From Vicugna vicugna (taxonomy: Eukaryota), in NCBI GenBank assembly GCA_013265495.1, contig MU061579.1:5578963-5642962 (forward strand): a stretch of 64,000 nt of DNA, written 5' to 3'. This document shows, one piece after another, positions 1-13,580 of this stretch (position 1 is its first letter; the number at the start of each line of letters is the position of its first letter). The translations under genes were made by a program, and so were the position numbers. The notes beneath the pieces were generated by a model, which was not told the DNA's origin, did not search any database, and saw only the letters and a program-made list of their open reading frames with translations.

Positions 1-106
1 CACCGACACATCATCTTACTAACTCTCTCTTACCGTCTCTAGATGTCTCCTTTTAATTCGGGCACCATTTTGTCACCTCCGATGAAAGACCTTTCCCAAC
101 TCTTTC

Positions 107-142
107 ATAGATATAGATACAGATATAGATATAGATATAGAT
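107..142. repeat. (AGATAT)n microsatellite
   Basis: Direct reading: atagatatagatacagatatagatatagatatagat. Confidence 0.9.
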
Positions 143-189
143 CCCATATGGTTTCTTATAAATTTATATATTTCTTATGATACTTGCTG

Positions 190-345
190 TGAAAATCTAT
201 TTATATGCCTATTTGTTCTTTTAATCATTTCGTGTCTTTCTTTACTACTTTAACTGTACACCTGAAGAGAGCAAGGCCCTCTACACATCTAACAGTTACT
301 TCAATGCCTGGTACGTAGTACACTCATTTGTCAAGTTTACATAGA
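190..345 (+). mobile_element. L2 LINE 3' end fragment (ancient)
   Basis: ctgtacacctgaagagagcaaggcc...aatgcctggtacgtagtacactcatttg resembles the L2 3' terminal motif (…cctggcacatagtaggcactcaataaat). Confidence 0.55.
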
Positions 346-2072
346 AAAGAGAATAATCAAGGATGTTAAATGATGAACTCTAACTAATAATAGTTTTCTA
401 TATTTGGCAATATACCAAGGAAGAAAATATATTGACACCTATGGCTAAAGAAATTTAGGCCATTCATGTATTCATTCACACACACACAAAAATTATTTTA
501 TTTTACTTTTTACCACAATATCTTAAACATAGTTACTAGTTTATAAGTATTTTCATTTCATATAACAACCTGTTATCTGTATAGAATTATTACATTTAAT
601 GTGTGGATGACAAATCTAAAATTTGAAATAGATGAATGTTTTTTTCAAGATAATGGAATTAACCACAATAGAAAAAGGAATCTTGCTTGATCCTTTGGGT
701 TCTGAAGGCAGGTAAAAAGGAAACCACCTCAGGTGATTAAATTTCAAATAGAAGGCTCTACTCATCTGTACGTTATAATTAACTTTGTCATTTCTCCATT
801 AAGCTCTCTTTAATTTAAAAAACTGACTTCTCTGTGAAAAGGTCAGCATATCTTTTTTCCTCCTCACTTCATTTCTGCCATCCCTTCAAGTCTGAGTGCA
901 AACTTACGTTACTTGGAAAAGCTCAAGTGAAAACTGTTTCTCACGGCTTCTTATACAAAAGTGATGTCACTGAAGTATTAAAAAAGTTGGACATGTATCA
1001 TGTACTCAACTTGAAAACATATGTGCAGTTTAGCTACAATATTTAAAAAATTATTTGTGATATAAACTCCACTAAAATTTTCCCTAAAAAGAAGATATTT
1101 CAATCAAAGAAACTGCAAAAGTATAATTCTTTAGATACATTCATTGCTAATTGTGAGTGCTGTCATATTTTAAAATCAATTCACTAGTATAACATCCCAC
1201 ATTGCACATTATTTGGACCCAAACTGATACACAGCATCTACATGACAAAAATGAAAGTAGCATATTAATGTTAATTAATCTGAATAATTATCTCTTGTGT
1301 ATGATGGGTCATAAACATCATTTGTGATTTAATTTTATATAAATCAGGGTGAATATAGTGCATAAATGTTAGGAAAATGATGAAGAATAATATTTTCATG
1401 GTTGCAGTGAGTTTACTGTTTAGCAGATGAGGAGGAGGAAAATGGGAGTAGTTTACTTCCCGTAGTTTTAATAAAACATATGGAAATATATGAAAATGAA
1501 TGTTTTCATTAATTATTGGTAAAAATAATGGGGATAATGTTCTCCTTCTCCTTGGACAAGATTATATCAAATACTTGTCTCTGACAGTACCAAATAATTA
1601 TTGAAGTGTCATACATCTATAAAATGCTATGAGTATAAAGGAAATTTCATCCAAATTAAAGTAGCCAGTTCATTGCTTCCCTCTGTTATGTATTATGTGT
1701 CATTTGCACCAACATTGGAAAAGCCAAGATAAAAAGTCAAAGTATGATATGAATGTATGCCTTTTCTCTCTCTTAATGACCCACATTTTCCCACTTGAAT
1801 TGTATCCCTTTCCATCCCCAAATCATTTCCTATATATAAAGCATCTTAAAACTGCTTATTCTCTAAAACTCATCTTTGAATTCACTTTTCTTTTTTCCTC
1901 ATTTCCATTTACAATCAACTGAGTTAACAATTAGTTATATAAAATCTCCTTCAGTTTCATTCTGATTGAAAAAAATGAATAATGTATGTTTCCAGCACAG
2001 TGTTTCATGTAGGGATCTAAAGATTTCTAAGGAATAGTCCTTACCTTCAAAGAATTGAATGTATAGTGAATC

Positions 2073-2858
2073 AAGAATAAAGGACAAACAAGAGAATAAT
2101 ATAAATGCTACAATAGATGCAAGGAAGATTAGGAAGATGTTAGGAATGGTCCACAGAAGAGATATCTGAGGTGTGTCTGGAACAATTAATCATTTTTCTA
2201 AGCAGGAAAGTAAAGTTACAATGAATAAGAGGAAACATGTATAAACTTTAGAATTGCTAGTTTGATCATGTACAGAAATTATAAAAAGATTAGGAAGATG
2301 TTAGGAATGGTCCACAGAAGAGATATCTGAGGTGTGTCTGGAACAATTAATCATTTTTCTAAGCAGGAAAGTAAACAGTTACAATGAATAAGAGGAAACA
2401 TGTATAAACTTTAGAATTGCTAGTTTGATCATGTACAGAAATTATAAAGGATTAAGAAATGAAACAGATAAGGAGCATATGTTTAAAAAAAAAAAACCCT
2501 AAAAGGAGGGAGTGCATGACAGCCTTGCCTTTTCCTATTGTAATACTGAAAGAATAAAGGACAAACAAGAGAATAATATAAATGCTACAGTAGATGCAAG
2601 GAAGATTAGGAAGATGTTAGGAATGGTCCACAGAAGAGATATCTGAGGTGTGTCTGGAACAATTAATCATTTTTCTAAGCAGGAAAGTAAACAGTTACAA
2701 TGAATAAGAGGAAACATGTATAAACTGTAGAATTGCTAGTTTGATCATGTACAGAAATTTTAAAGGATTAAGAAATGAAGCAGATAAGGAGCATATGTTT
2801 AAAAAAAAAAATCCCTAAAAGGAGGGAGTGCATGACAGCCTTGCCTTTTCCTATTGTA
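2073..2858. repeat. Nested tandem duplication with block order A-B-B-C-A-B-C
   Basis: Block B (~161-163 bp, starting aagattaggaagatgttagg) begins at 2125, 2286 and 2602. Block A (aagaataaaggacaaac...) begins at 2073 and 2550. Block C (…gccttttcctattgta) ends at 2542 and 2858. Confidence 0.95.
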
Positions 2859-4714
2859 TGGCTTATCATAAAATAATTCTATTTGACTTTCTCACGTTTT
2901 CCTTCTGCTATCACATAGTACATTTTTTACATTCATTGAAGCAATTATTTTACTAAATTGCTTTCCTATTTCTAGGCACAGGGTACATAACCTTAATTTG
3001 TAACAGAAGATAAATAGCAAAAAAACACTTTATTCTTGACTATTCTATACAGAAATGTGTAACAGAGCAAGGATCCACCAATAGGGTTTATAGACAAGTT
3101 TCACTCAATATTTTGGATTGCCTCTAATTTACTTGCACAGATGTAACCGTGCATAGAAACCATTTTAAACGTAAGTAACCTTACCATTATATACACTGTG
3201 AAAAAATGGCATGTTCTGGATTACCAGTCACTGGGAAAATATTACCCCAATGATGAAATTTAAACCTCAATAATGTAATTTAAACTCTAAGCTTCTTTTT
3301 TTTTTTTTTTTGGTTTACTAGATTGGGACATTCAAAGAGGCTGACTCACAAGATTTATTTCTACATTTCTGAATTCATGTCACTGCTGAATTCATTCCTG
3401 GTTATTGAAGAGTAGAGATTACACATATACATTTCAAATTAAAATAAACACTGGATTGTTTCTCAGACTATCATGGTGGATGACGTGTCATGTAGTATTA
3501 GGGAAACAGTATTGCCATAGAGGATAGCTATCCTTCACTGTTCACAAAGTGTTAATTAACTAATCATATACTCACCATTCACTGATAATTAACTGACTGG
3601 TTTATTCCCCTCTATTAACTGACTCTAACTTTAATATATTCTTTAGTTTTAACTAAATTAAGTTTAGGTGAATTATTTATTTATCTAGTTATCTATGTAT
3701 TTATTTTTCTGAGCAGATTCTTGTCTATAAAATGAAAGTTCAGCCAGTGACATATGTTGCCCATTCTTGCTCCCTGTTTATATATTAGATGTTCATTTCA
3801 ACCTCAAATACAATAAAAGTTGGCCATTTTCTTATACCTGTCCTGAGTTCTCTCATTTGGTCAGTAACATATTTTTTGAGTCCCTAATATGTTCAAGATA
3901 ATTTACCTACTAAGTTCAAAGACCTGTAAAGGGGAGAGTGGTTAATGAAATGTGTTCTCTATTGTCAAAAAGAATCAGGAGAGAGAGAGGAAGGTGAGAC
4001 TTTACTCTAGGGAATAATGATATTTACAGTAAGATAGAGGAGAAGAATGGCCACCAAATTTCAGTAATTCTGCACAAGGAAATGCCTCTTTCCTGGTTTC
4101 TGTAACCTGACCCACTAACATAGGTTTGGAAATGAAAGCTCACAATGGCTAGACCAGTTATATGATCCCTTAGCATATTCTAGATAGATTCTTTTAGGTT
4201 TCTCAGCAACCATTATATCAACCATTGCCTTTGGAACACCAGCCAAAATTAAAACTGAAGTAGTCTTAAAAAAAAAAAAAAACAGTTATTTTAGGGAAAA
4301 TAGATAAAAATTGGAAAGCTATTGTGCAAATGCTTTGACATTCAGATCTTCATATTGTGGATTTAAAGTCAGAGAAAACAAAAAGGGAGAGAGTCAGGAG
4401 TATATGTATATGTATCTTTCTTTCAATATAAATATAAAATTCTTTATGGTTTTGTTAGGTCTCTAGCTGCAGGACTGAAAGCTTAATTGCTTAGTTCATT
4501 TTGTCATACGTTTATGATCTTGCTGAAACTAGAAATCGTAAATCTATGATGGCCCTAATTATGCAAATACATCTTTTTTTTTTTTTTGCTACCAGGAAGA
4601 AAGAAAAATGAAGATTAGATTATTTGACATAAATTTTGCGCATGGTAGTGATGGTGGTGGTAAGGAGCACAGCAGAAAAGACAATGGAATTTTGACAGGA
4701 TTTTTTTTTTTTTT

Positions 4715-5209
4715 TTAGTTATAAGGAAGTTAGGTTTAGAGAAACAACCAATAGGATAAAGATCATACATAAGAGGAGATTTATTATAGGTATTGACTCA
4801 CTAGTTATGGAAGCTGGTGAGTCCTGTAATCTACCGTATGCTGGAAAAACAGGAAAGCCAACAGTGTAATTAAGTATAGGTCCAAAGACCTAAAAATGGG
4901 GAGGGGAGGATGAGGGTCAGTCATGTAACTGCCTTAAGTCCAACAGCCCAAGAACCAGGGGCACCACTGTCCAAAAGTAGGGGAAGAGGAATGTCCCAAG
5001 CTGAGAGACTGAATTTGCCCTTTCTCCACCCTTTTTTTTTTTTTTTCTATTCAGGCCCTTGACAAATTGGATGATGATCTTCTTTATTCACTTTACTGAT
5101 TCAAATTCTCTCCTGAAGACTTCCTCATACACTACCCAGAAATATGTTTTACCAGCTATTTGGGCATCCTTTAGCCTAGTCAAGTTAACACATAAAATTA
5201 ACCATCATA
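4715..5209 (-). mobile_element. MLT2-type (ERVL) solo LTR
   Basis: Right end tttagcctagtcaagttaacacataaaattaaccatcata is the reverse complement of the MLT2 5' start (tgtgatggttaattttatgtgtcaacttgact); gagatttattatagg and ccagaaatatgttttaccagctat motifs also match. Confidence 0.85.
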
Positions 5210-8074
5210 GGTAAGATAAAAAAAAAAAACTGAAGGCAAAAGGAACTATTCGGGAGAATAACGAGGACTAAGGAACTTATGATTACACCTTTCTTTTATG
5301 TAATTGCCAACTCCTCTATATTAATGAAGGAATGAAGTTTGTTTTTTTTTTAAAGAAAGTACAGTTTGATATGTAAAGTTGATTCTATTAATTTTCTTCA
5401 AAATTTTAGACCACATGAAATTTGCTATTTTAAGAATATAAAGAGAGCTCAAAAAAATCTCGTGTTTAATAAAGAATGAATAATACTTCCTTTTCATGAC
5501 TAGCAAAGATAAGGGTGGTAAAAGCAATTGTTAAGAGATCTCGATCATTGGGGAAAAGTGGTCTCTGTAAATGTTTTCTACTCCTGCATTTATTAAGACA
5601 GTTATATGTTTTTCCTTTTTAAATCTTAATGTGTTTGGTTATGTTAATAGCTGGACTGCTAATAATGGTCTTGCACTTTTGAGATGCATCCAATACTGAC
5701 ATTATACATACATGCATTATTTGGATTCATTTTTTCCTAATATTTTATTTAGGTCATTACATAGTTACAAGTTAATTTGCCTAAAATTTTCAGTTCTCTT
5801 ATTGTTCTTATCTAGTATTATTTTTAAGGTTATAGCTGCATGATGTAATGAATAATGTAGTGATCCTTCATTTTATCTTCTCTAGAACACCATATATTTT
5901 GTAAATTTTTTCATTTATCTCATCCTTGATTTTTTAAGTATTTATTTCAGTATGAGGTTATAGGACATTTTTTTCTTTTCATACAATAAAAAATGCATAG
6001 CAGATTTATTGTCATGTGTATATATGTATGTATGATATATGTATAAAGGAAACTGTCAGAAACCATTCAAGGTGTCGTGTTATTTAAAATAGACTTAAGC
6101 AAATGAGAGAGTTTCAAACTGCACAGAAGAGAATAAAAATTTACCCTTGTCTCCCAATCTTTATAAAATTCTCTTCCAGAATAATGGATTTATATTTGAA
6201 GAAATAGAAAGTATAGAATAAATGTGAAAAAATACAGAAAAATATCTACTTTTTTGACTTGCTTAGCAACATAAATAATTTCCCCTTTCTTTGTGTCTGT
6301 AGCTGCAGTCTAACCCAGAAAATGTGTCTATTCCAATGAATATTTTTCTCAAGTATGTTTTTCACAAAAGTATATGGAGTTAGTTTTGTGTGAAGTAAGT
6401 AACAATGAAGACTAAGTCTCTTTACCTGAAAAAAAGCCATTGTATATTCCCTGCTAAGGAAACAATCTCAACTCACTTTTTAGCTTTTGTTATTCTATCT
6501 TGTCACATTTCTTTATTTTTTTTGAGGCCAATCTGTCTTGAAAAAATTCGGTGTATTCTTCACACATATACAGTTTTATTTACGAGCATAATTTGGGTTT
6601 AAGGGTGTTAATTTAAAGGACCAAAGTAAATTGAAAATCTGACTCCCTTGCCATTTCTTTTCTCCAAAAACCCTGTCGAGAGGGAGAGGTATTCTATTTT
6701 CAGCACTTACTCCTGAACTGACTTTGGCAGTCTCTGTTCCCACGTGCAAAACACAATTACAGTTCTTCGAAACTACATTAACACCGATCTTGCTAATTTC
6801 ATTAGTATTATTTTTATGCTTTTGCTTAAATTGGTAATGCAGAATTCATTAAAATATCATCTCCCTTGGGAAACAGCAGAAGCATGATTTTCTTGTGGCT
6901 GTATTTATAATCACAAGGGGTCATTTTAAGGGGAGACCCAATAAAAAAAATTCTAGTAGGTAAGGATAACATAGTTTTCCATGCTTAATTGGTAATCATC
7001 TGAAAATGTAATTTTTCCCATAGTTCTCTGAGTCACTTTTTATTGCTATATTTCATTTGATAGATTATTTTGGACTGCAAATAAAATCATTTATTTTTGA
7101 GTAAAAGGAAATGGAATATGCCATTGACTTTTTTTTAATTGTATTTTAGCGTAGAGGAAATAAACAGTCTTTCCTCATAAATAAATGTGTCCACTGCTCT
7201 TTGTTTATGATTTTGAGAGTACGCACAGATCAAGAACACATAGAATGTAAGCTATTTTTATTAATATAACATCACTATTCGTTAAATAATTTTGTTGGGT
7301 CACAACATGTAAGAAATAATCCATGACATACAAGAGACGCTAAATTCATTTCTCCTTTTATTTCCAATTCTAAAAAGAACTGTGAGTTCAGTAAAAGGTC
7401 CTTGTTGAGCCTTTCAATTTTACACTAGCTTCTTTTTTTTTCCGCTTAAGTCATGAATTTGCTGATTTTGTAAGCATTTTAACTACACAAAGGTATCAGT
7501 TGCTAACTAGGCTTGGAGTACAATTAGCATCATATTTTGTTGTCTTAAATTTAGCTTGGTCTTCTCCATAATAACACTTGCTGGTGATCCTGATTCAGTC
7601 AGTTTCCACATCTGTCTTTTCGTCTCTCTAAAAAGAAAACTGTTTCCAAAAAAATGCAGGAAATGTGCTGGCCATGTGTCTTTGCAAGTTTCAGAAACCT
7701 GTTTGAAAGCATGTGGCTAGGTAGTGCCTCCACTTCTTCCTTTGCCAGTCTGGGGGATGTTCATCGAGACTCCCAGCTGCTGTGGCTTCTGGTGGGCGTC
7801 ATCCCTTGCATCCTCACAGCCGTTGATGGGAACTCCCACTGCACACGTTCTCTGTTCTGCATATGCTTCTGCCACTTCAGTCTCCTGGAATCCAGTGTCA
7901 CTCGGGTCAGGGCCACTACCTCATTTCCTCAATCTTTTAAACTTTGGAGTGTAAATCTTCCTTCTGTTCTCTACTCAGACAAATTCAACATAATGTTTTC
8001 TTGGTCTTTTAAAGTATTCAGCAGTATGTGGGGTTTGCATTTTGAATATTGCAGCTCTCCTCTTTTATTCTGAT

Positions 8075-8102
8075 TCACACACAAACACACACACACACAC
8101 AC
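8075..8102. repeat. (CA)n microsatellite
   Basis: Direct reading of an interrupted CA run. Confidence 0.9.
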
Positions 8103-9104
8103 GTAATACATAACAGAGGGAAGCAATGTGTTGTAATGTCACAGGTGAGAATTACTGATTTGAAGGTACATTTCACACTCAAATTTGCAAGGTAGGTCCT
8201 GCACAATGTGGTTCCTCTTTGCACCCTTCCCCTTATTTTTCATCATTCCTATTCTGCAGTCATCCTCGTAACGTAATCTATCCATCCAATCTGGGAAACT
8301 GTGTGTATAACATCTCCTCCCCTCTTCTCCTTTTGCTTGTCCCAGTTCTACCTGCTTTTAATCATCTTTTATGGCATATATTTATCCTGATCTATCTCTA
8401 AAATAATCTGGTCATGCTTTTGAAATCAAGTAGGACTCACTATTCTGACAACACATTTTGTTGATTAATTTTATATGTGATCACAAATTCTAAATATACC
8501 ATATACACATAAGTATGTGTTTATGTGTATTATATAGATATTATATACATAATATATAGTATGGGTATTTTTATATATATATAATATTTGCACTAAACAT
8601 ATGCATATGGGAGCATACACACATATAGCATATGCACTTCTTCTGAACTCCATATGTAATATATATCAACTGAGGTTATCTTGTCCTTTAAGACACATAA
8701 ATTTACCTCATTCCTCATATAGAGAAATGTTCTAATATATCAGTTCACAAGAACGTACGATCTTGTGATTTTTAAACCACTTCCTATTGATTCCAGTATT
8801 CACACATGCATCACTTCCTGTGCCCACCACCTGCTGCTGATCTCTTCCCGCTGTGCCCTACACACCCAGACACAAGCAGTTGCTGCTCTCCATTTTGGAG
8901 AGAGAAAGAATTAAATAAAATATTTTAATTGATGAGCCTGTGTGTTCTAAGCTTCAGTAAGTTTGGAAGAATATGAAGGACAGTACTTAATGCAGAATAA
9001 CTGAAATTTTAGTTTTCATTCAACCCTGTTCTTTGATAGTCTTCAGCCACCCTAGTATCAGGAAATTTGCATTAACCCTCTCTTTCTATAGCGTCCAGCC
9101 TCCT

Positions 9105-9505
9105 AACTGTGAACTGAATTGTGTGTCTCCTCCCAAACCCTGTCAAATTTATATATTGAAGCTGTAACCCCCCAATGCAGTTGTATTTGGAAATCAGCCT
9201 TTTAGGAAACAATCAAGATGAAAAAGGTCATGAGGTTGAGATCCTAATCCAGTGGGATTGGTGGCCCTAGAGAAAGAAGAGAGTGAGCTCTCTCTCCGCT
9301 TGCAGGCAGTAAGGAATGGCCATGTGAGGACACAGTGAGAAGGGGGTCATCTGCAAGCCAGGAAGAGAGCTCTCACCAGGAACTAAATTGGCCAGCACTT
9401 TGATCTTGGACTTCTCAGCCTCCAGAACTGTTAGAAGTAAGTTTTGGTTGTTTAAGCCATGCAGTCCGTGGCATTTGGTTACGATAGCTTGAGTACACTA
9501 AGACA
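9105..9505 (+). mobile_element. MLT1A/B-type (MaLR) solo LTR
   Basis: tgaactgaattgtgt...ccatgtgaggacacagtgagaag...gatcttggacttctcagcctccagaactgt...gtttaagcca...ctaagaca are typical MLT1 motifs. Confidence 0.88.
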
Positions 9506-10379
9506 ACACCTATTTTGAAGGCCCTAAAATTCTATAGTCATGAAACTTTCTGTGTTATTTTTTCTTTCTCATTTATTTCAAGTTTATTGTATTTTTATAG
9601 AGGTTGAAGCATTCCAAAACCCCTTTGTCAAACTTAGGTAAACCTCAGAAAAATTCCCAACAGTCACCATTAGCCTTATTTTAAAACAAAATACATATTA
9701 TACCAATGAGATTTATAAATGTTATTTCTTAAACAAAGATTATTTTCTCCTTAATAGACCTCATAGCAGATGGTAGAAAAAAATCTTTGCACCTTGCTTC
9801 GGTTAAATTCAATCTATGTGATGAGATCTGGCTTGTTTTTTTGATTTGTGATGTTCATTATTAGAATAGTATGATGCCCTGAGCATCCAGAGAATGGATG
9901 AGATTGATGATAGTGGTAGTAACCCCAAAGCTGGCTTGTGTACAACCTGCAGCCCCAAAGTTACAAATTTAAATGGACAAAACTGACTGATACATTTAGT
10001 TAATTGTCTCATTGTTTATATTAGCTACATTTATATGTAATTTTACTATATCCATATATTTAAATTTGCCATCAAGTAAAGGTCTTTGCTAGCAAAAACC
10101 AGTTAAAGCAGAGTATTTCCAGCCAACGTGACATTTTAAATTATTAGGAAGTCTTAACTGGAAATTTCTTTCTCTTCTTGTTCCTCCTCTTTTTCTTCCT
10201 CTTCCTCTTCTTTTTCACATGCAGTTCTATTTGTTGGCCAAGAAGAAAACTATATTCATTTCCCTTAGGTTACCAGTCCTGATGATTTTGGAAATATTGG
10301 TTTTCGATTGATTGCCTGATTGAATTTTGATATATTATTTTCTTTTTTTTTTATTATGGACTATCCCACATGAAGTTTT

Positions 10380-10523
10380 TTTTTTAAACACCTTTATTGT
10401 GGTATGATTCCTTTACAGTAAACTACACATATTCAAATGTACAATTTGATGAATTTTGATAGATGTACACACCAATGGAAACACCACCACAATCAGGATA
10501 GCTAACATTTCTATATCTCCCAT
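10380..10523 (-). mobile_element. Older L1 (L1M-type) 3' terminal fragment
   Basis: T-rich tail followed by tttattgtggtatgatt...aaatgtacaatttgatgaattttgatagatgtacacacc...aacatttctatatctccc. Confidence 0.75.
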
Positions 10524-10524
10524 A

Positions 10525-11637
10525 GAGGTGCAAATTTCAAATTCCCAAATTATCCATTCCTACTCCCTTTACCCTCTGGTAACCATATGTTTGTTCTCTA
10601 TGTCTGTGAGTCTGTTTCTGTTTTGTAGGTAAGTTCATTTGTGACTTTTTTCTTTTCCCCCTATATATAAAGAATATCATATGATATTTTCCTTTCTCTT
10701 TCTGGCTTACTTCATTTAGAATAACATTCTCCAGGTCCATCCATGTCACTGCAAATGACATTATTTTATTCTTTTTTTGTAGCTGAGTTATAGATAGGTA
10801 GGTAGGTAGATAGATAGATAGATAGATAGATTGATAGATTTCTCATCTTCTTTATTCAGTCATCTGTCAATGGACATTTGGGTTGTTTTGATGTCTTGGC
10901 TATTGTAAATAGTGCTGCTGTGAACATTGGGGTACGTGTGTCTTTTTGAATTATATTTTCCTCCAGATATATGCCCAGGAGTGGAGTTGCTGGATCATAT
11001 TGTAAGTCTATGTTTAGCTTTTTGAGGAATCTCCATACTGTCCTCCATAGTGGCCGCAGCAGTTTACATTCCCACCAACAGTGTAGGAGGGTTCCTTTTT
11101 CTCCACACCCTCTCTAACATTTATTGTTTGTGGACATTTTAATGATGGCCATTCTGACTGGTGTGAGGTGATATCTCATTGTAGTTTTGATTTGCATTTC
11201 TCTAACAATTAGTGGTGCTCAGCATCTTTTCATGTGCTTGTTGGCCATTTGGATCTCTTCTATAGAGAGATGTCCATTTAGGTCTTTGGCCCTTTTTTAA
11301 TTGGGTTGCTTGTTTTTTGAGATTAAGCTGTATGAACTGTTAGTATACTTTGGAAATTAGTCCTTTGTCAGTCACATCCTTTGCAAGTACTTTCTCTCAT
11401 TCTGTGGGTTGTCTTTTTGCATTATTGATGATATCCTTAGTTGTGCAAAAGCTTTTAAGTCTAATTAGATACCATTTGTTGATTTTTGCTTTTATTTCCA
11501 TTACTCTAGAAGCTGGTTTGAAAAAAACATTCCTGTGTTTTATGTGAAGAGTGCACTGCCTATGTTTTCCTCTATGAGTTTTATAGTATCCGGTGTTACT
11601 TTTAGGTCTTTAATCCATCTTGAGTTTATTTTTTGTA
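10525..11637 (-). mobile_element. L1 fragment (ORF2 C-terminus and 3' UTR), lineage-specific subfamily
   Basis: Minus ORF 10537-10761 contains FAVTWMDLENVILNEVSQKEK, the L1 ORF2 C-terminal motif; cattcccaccaacagtgtaggagggttcc and gccattctgactggtgtgaggtgatatctcattgt are classic antisense L1. Confidence 0.95.
10790..10839. repeat. (TAGG)n(TAGA)n compound microsatellite inside L1
   Basis: Direct reading. Confidence 0.9.
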
Positions 11638-12151
11638 ATAGACAATCTAGACTAAGACAAATTTTATTTACAAACAAATCCCGGAAGAAAGATAAGTTAC
11701 ACGTGTCATCCTAAATACACCTGATACTATTGTTTAGTGATAGCACTGTTGCTTTGAGATACTGCATTTCTCGGTAAAACAACAATTTTTATTTCAGTAT
11801 AAGCAGTTCAGCTCCATTCATTCTGATGGATTGATATTGCCTTTTTGTTTCATGATAAAATTATTAAAGATATCCTTATTACTAGTAGAAGATTATAGAA
11901 TATAAAAAATTTAAGCTCTTTTCTTTTTTTAAAAAATATTAGTGGAGTAGCAGTCATTTCACTTTTTGCTTGGACTGAAAACAAATTTACATCACCAATA
12001 GCTTTTGATTTTTTTTTTAATAGTTCTCTAAGAATCTCTGTTATTGAATCTCAGTTAACTAAAGTCAATTGTGGGTCAGAAATAACAACATATATTTCAA
12101 GTGGTAATATAATAAAGTTACCGGACCAACCTGTGTCTCAATAAACACACT

Positions 12152-12692
12152 AGATTTTTCTTGTGGGTAAGTAACGTTTCATTGTGTATATATAAATATA
12201 TCTTTTTTATCCATTTACTTGCTATTTGCAACAACATGGATGAACTTTGAGCATATTATGCTAAGTGAGACCAGTCAGACAGAGAAAGATAAGCCCTGTA
12301 TGGTATCACTCATTTGTGGAATTAAAAAAATTCACACTTCTAAAAACAGAGACTAAAGTGGTGGCTACTGGGCAAGGGGCAGGGGAAGACATTGGGAGAT
12401 GGGACAAATGTTGTTTAAAGGTACAACTTGTCATGAGTAGTAAATAAACCCTAGAGATTTAATGCACAGTGTAGTGAATAGAGACTACAGTATTGTACTA
12501 TAATCATCAAAGTTGCTGAGACTAGAATTTAATTATTTCAATCACTTAAAAAAATGATAATTTTATAACACGATAAAAGTGCTAATTATCACTACAGTGA
12601 CAAACATGACAATATATAAATGTATCTAATCAATATGTTATAAACCTTGAATTTACACAGTGTTATATGTCAAATATATTTCAATTAAAAAT
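12152..12692 (+). mobile_element. 5'-truncated L1 3' end with a short 5' inversion
   Basis: Sense part from 12220 (tgctatttgcaacaacatggatgaac...cagtgttatatgtcaaatatatttcaattaaaaa). Bases 12152-12219 are antisense to the immediately upstream L1 segment. Degenerate TSD at 12142-12159 and 12686-12703. Confidence 0.85.
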
Positions 12693-13199
12693 ACTAAATT
12701 TTTACTATCTCTAATATTTGAGAGTTAAAAAAATAATGACCATAAAGGAAATGTAAAGACTTCAAATTTAGGTGGCTATGTGTTTAACGTCTGTATAGTC
12801 TTTATAATTCTGGCAACTTGGGTAAGATGATTAACCTGTCTACATTAACCTGTCTGAATTTATACAATGATAACTGTACTTACTTCAAAGAAGTACTCTG
12901 ATAATTAAATTAAAATTTCACGAATTTGGATGTTTCTTTCCATATTATTTCTTTTAGAAATTCAAGACAATACCCATTATAGTAACCATTGTTATTATTA
13001 CCTTTAATAATCATTACTACAAATACAAATAAAGATTCTAATTAAAATACTAAATACAGGAAGTATAGTTCCCAATATTTCTTTTATGTTCAACTTCTGT
13101 TGGTTCTTGGTGAATTAAAAGACGAAGTTGACAGTCCTTTTGCCTAGAATGTAAATGTTTCACTATCTGCCCATATTTCACTTTTGAGACCAGCAAGTC

Positions 13200-13580
13200 T
13201 TTCACAGTCTTACCCTGCTTCCAGTCACTTTACATTCTCAAACAATAAGTGTCTCAAAATTCCCTGGACTATCTCAGGCATGCAGTTCCCTTTTGTCAGT
13301 AATTCCCTTCCCAAAACGCTATTTAATCTCTTAAGTACGTTCTTGATACCAACCTTTCCACTACTCCCAGGTTTTTTTAATTATTTCTTTGCCAACTCAC
13401 AAGTATTGTATTGATACCTCTATAACAGTAATGCCATTATGAATTATGAGCTCTCTACTTACATATCTGCATCTAGATCATGAGTTTCTTGAGTTTCTTT
13501 CTAATTTACTAATTATCTTTATCTCCAATAACTAGCAACAGGTTAAATTAATAATATGCATTCAAATGTCACTCTCTTGA
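13200..13580 (+). mobile_element. L2 fragment
   Basis: …ctagatcatgagtttcttgag...tttatctccaataactagcaac...atgcattcaaatg resembles a degraded L2 3' end. Confidence 0.45.
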
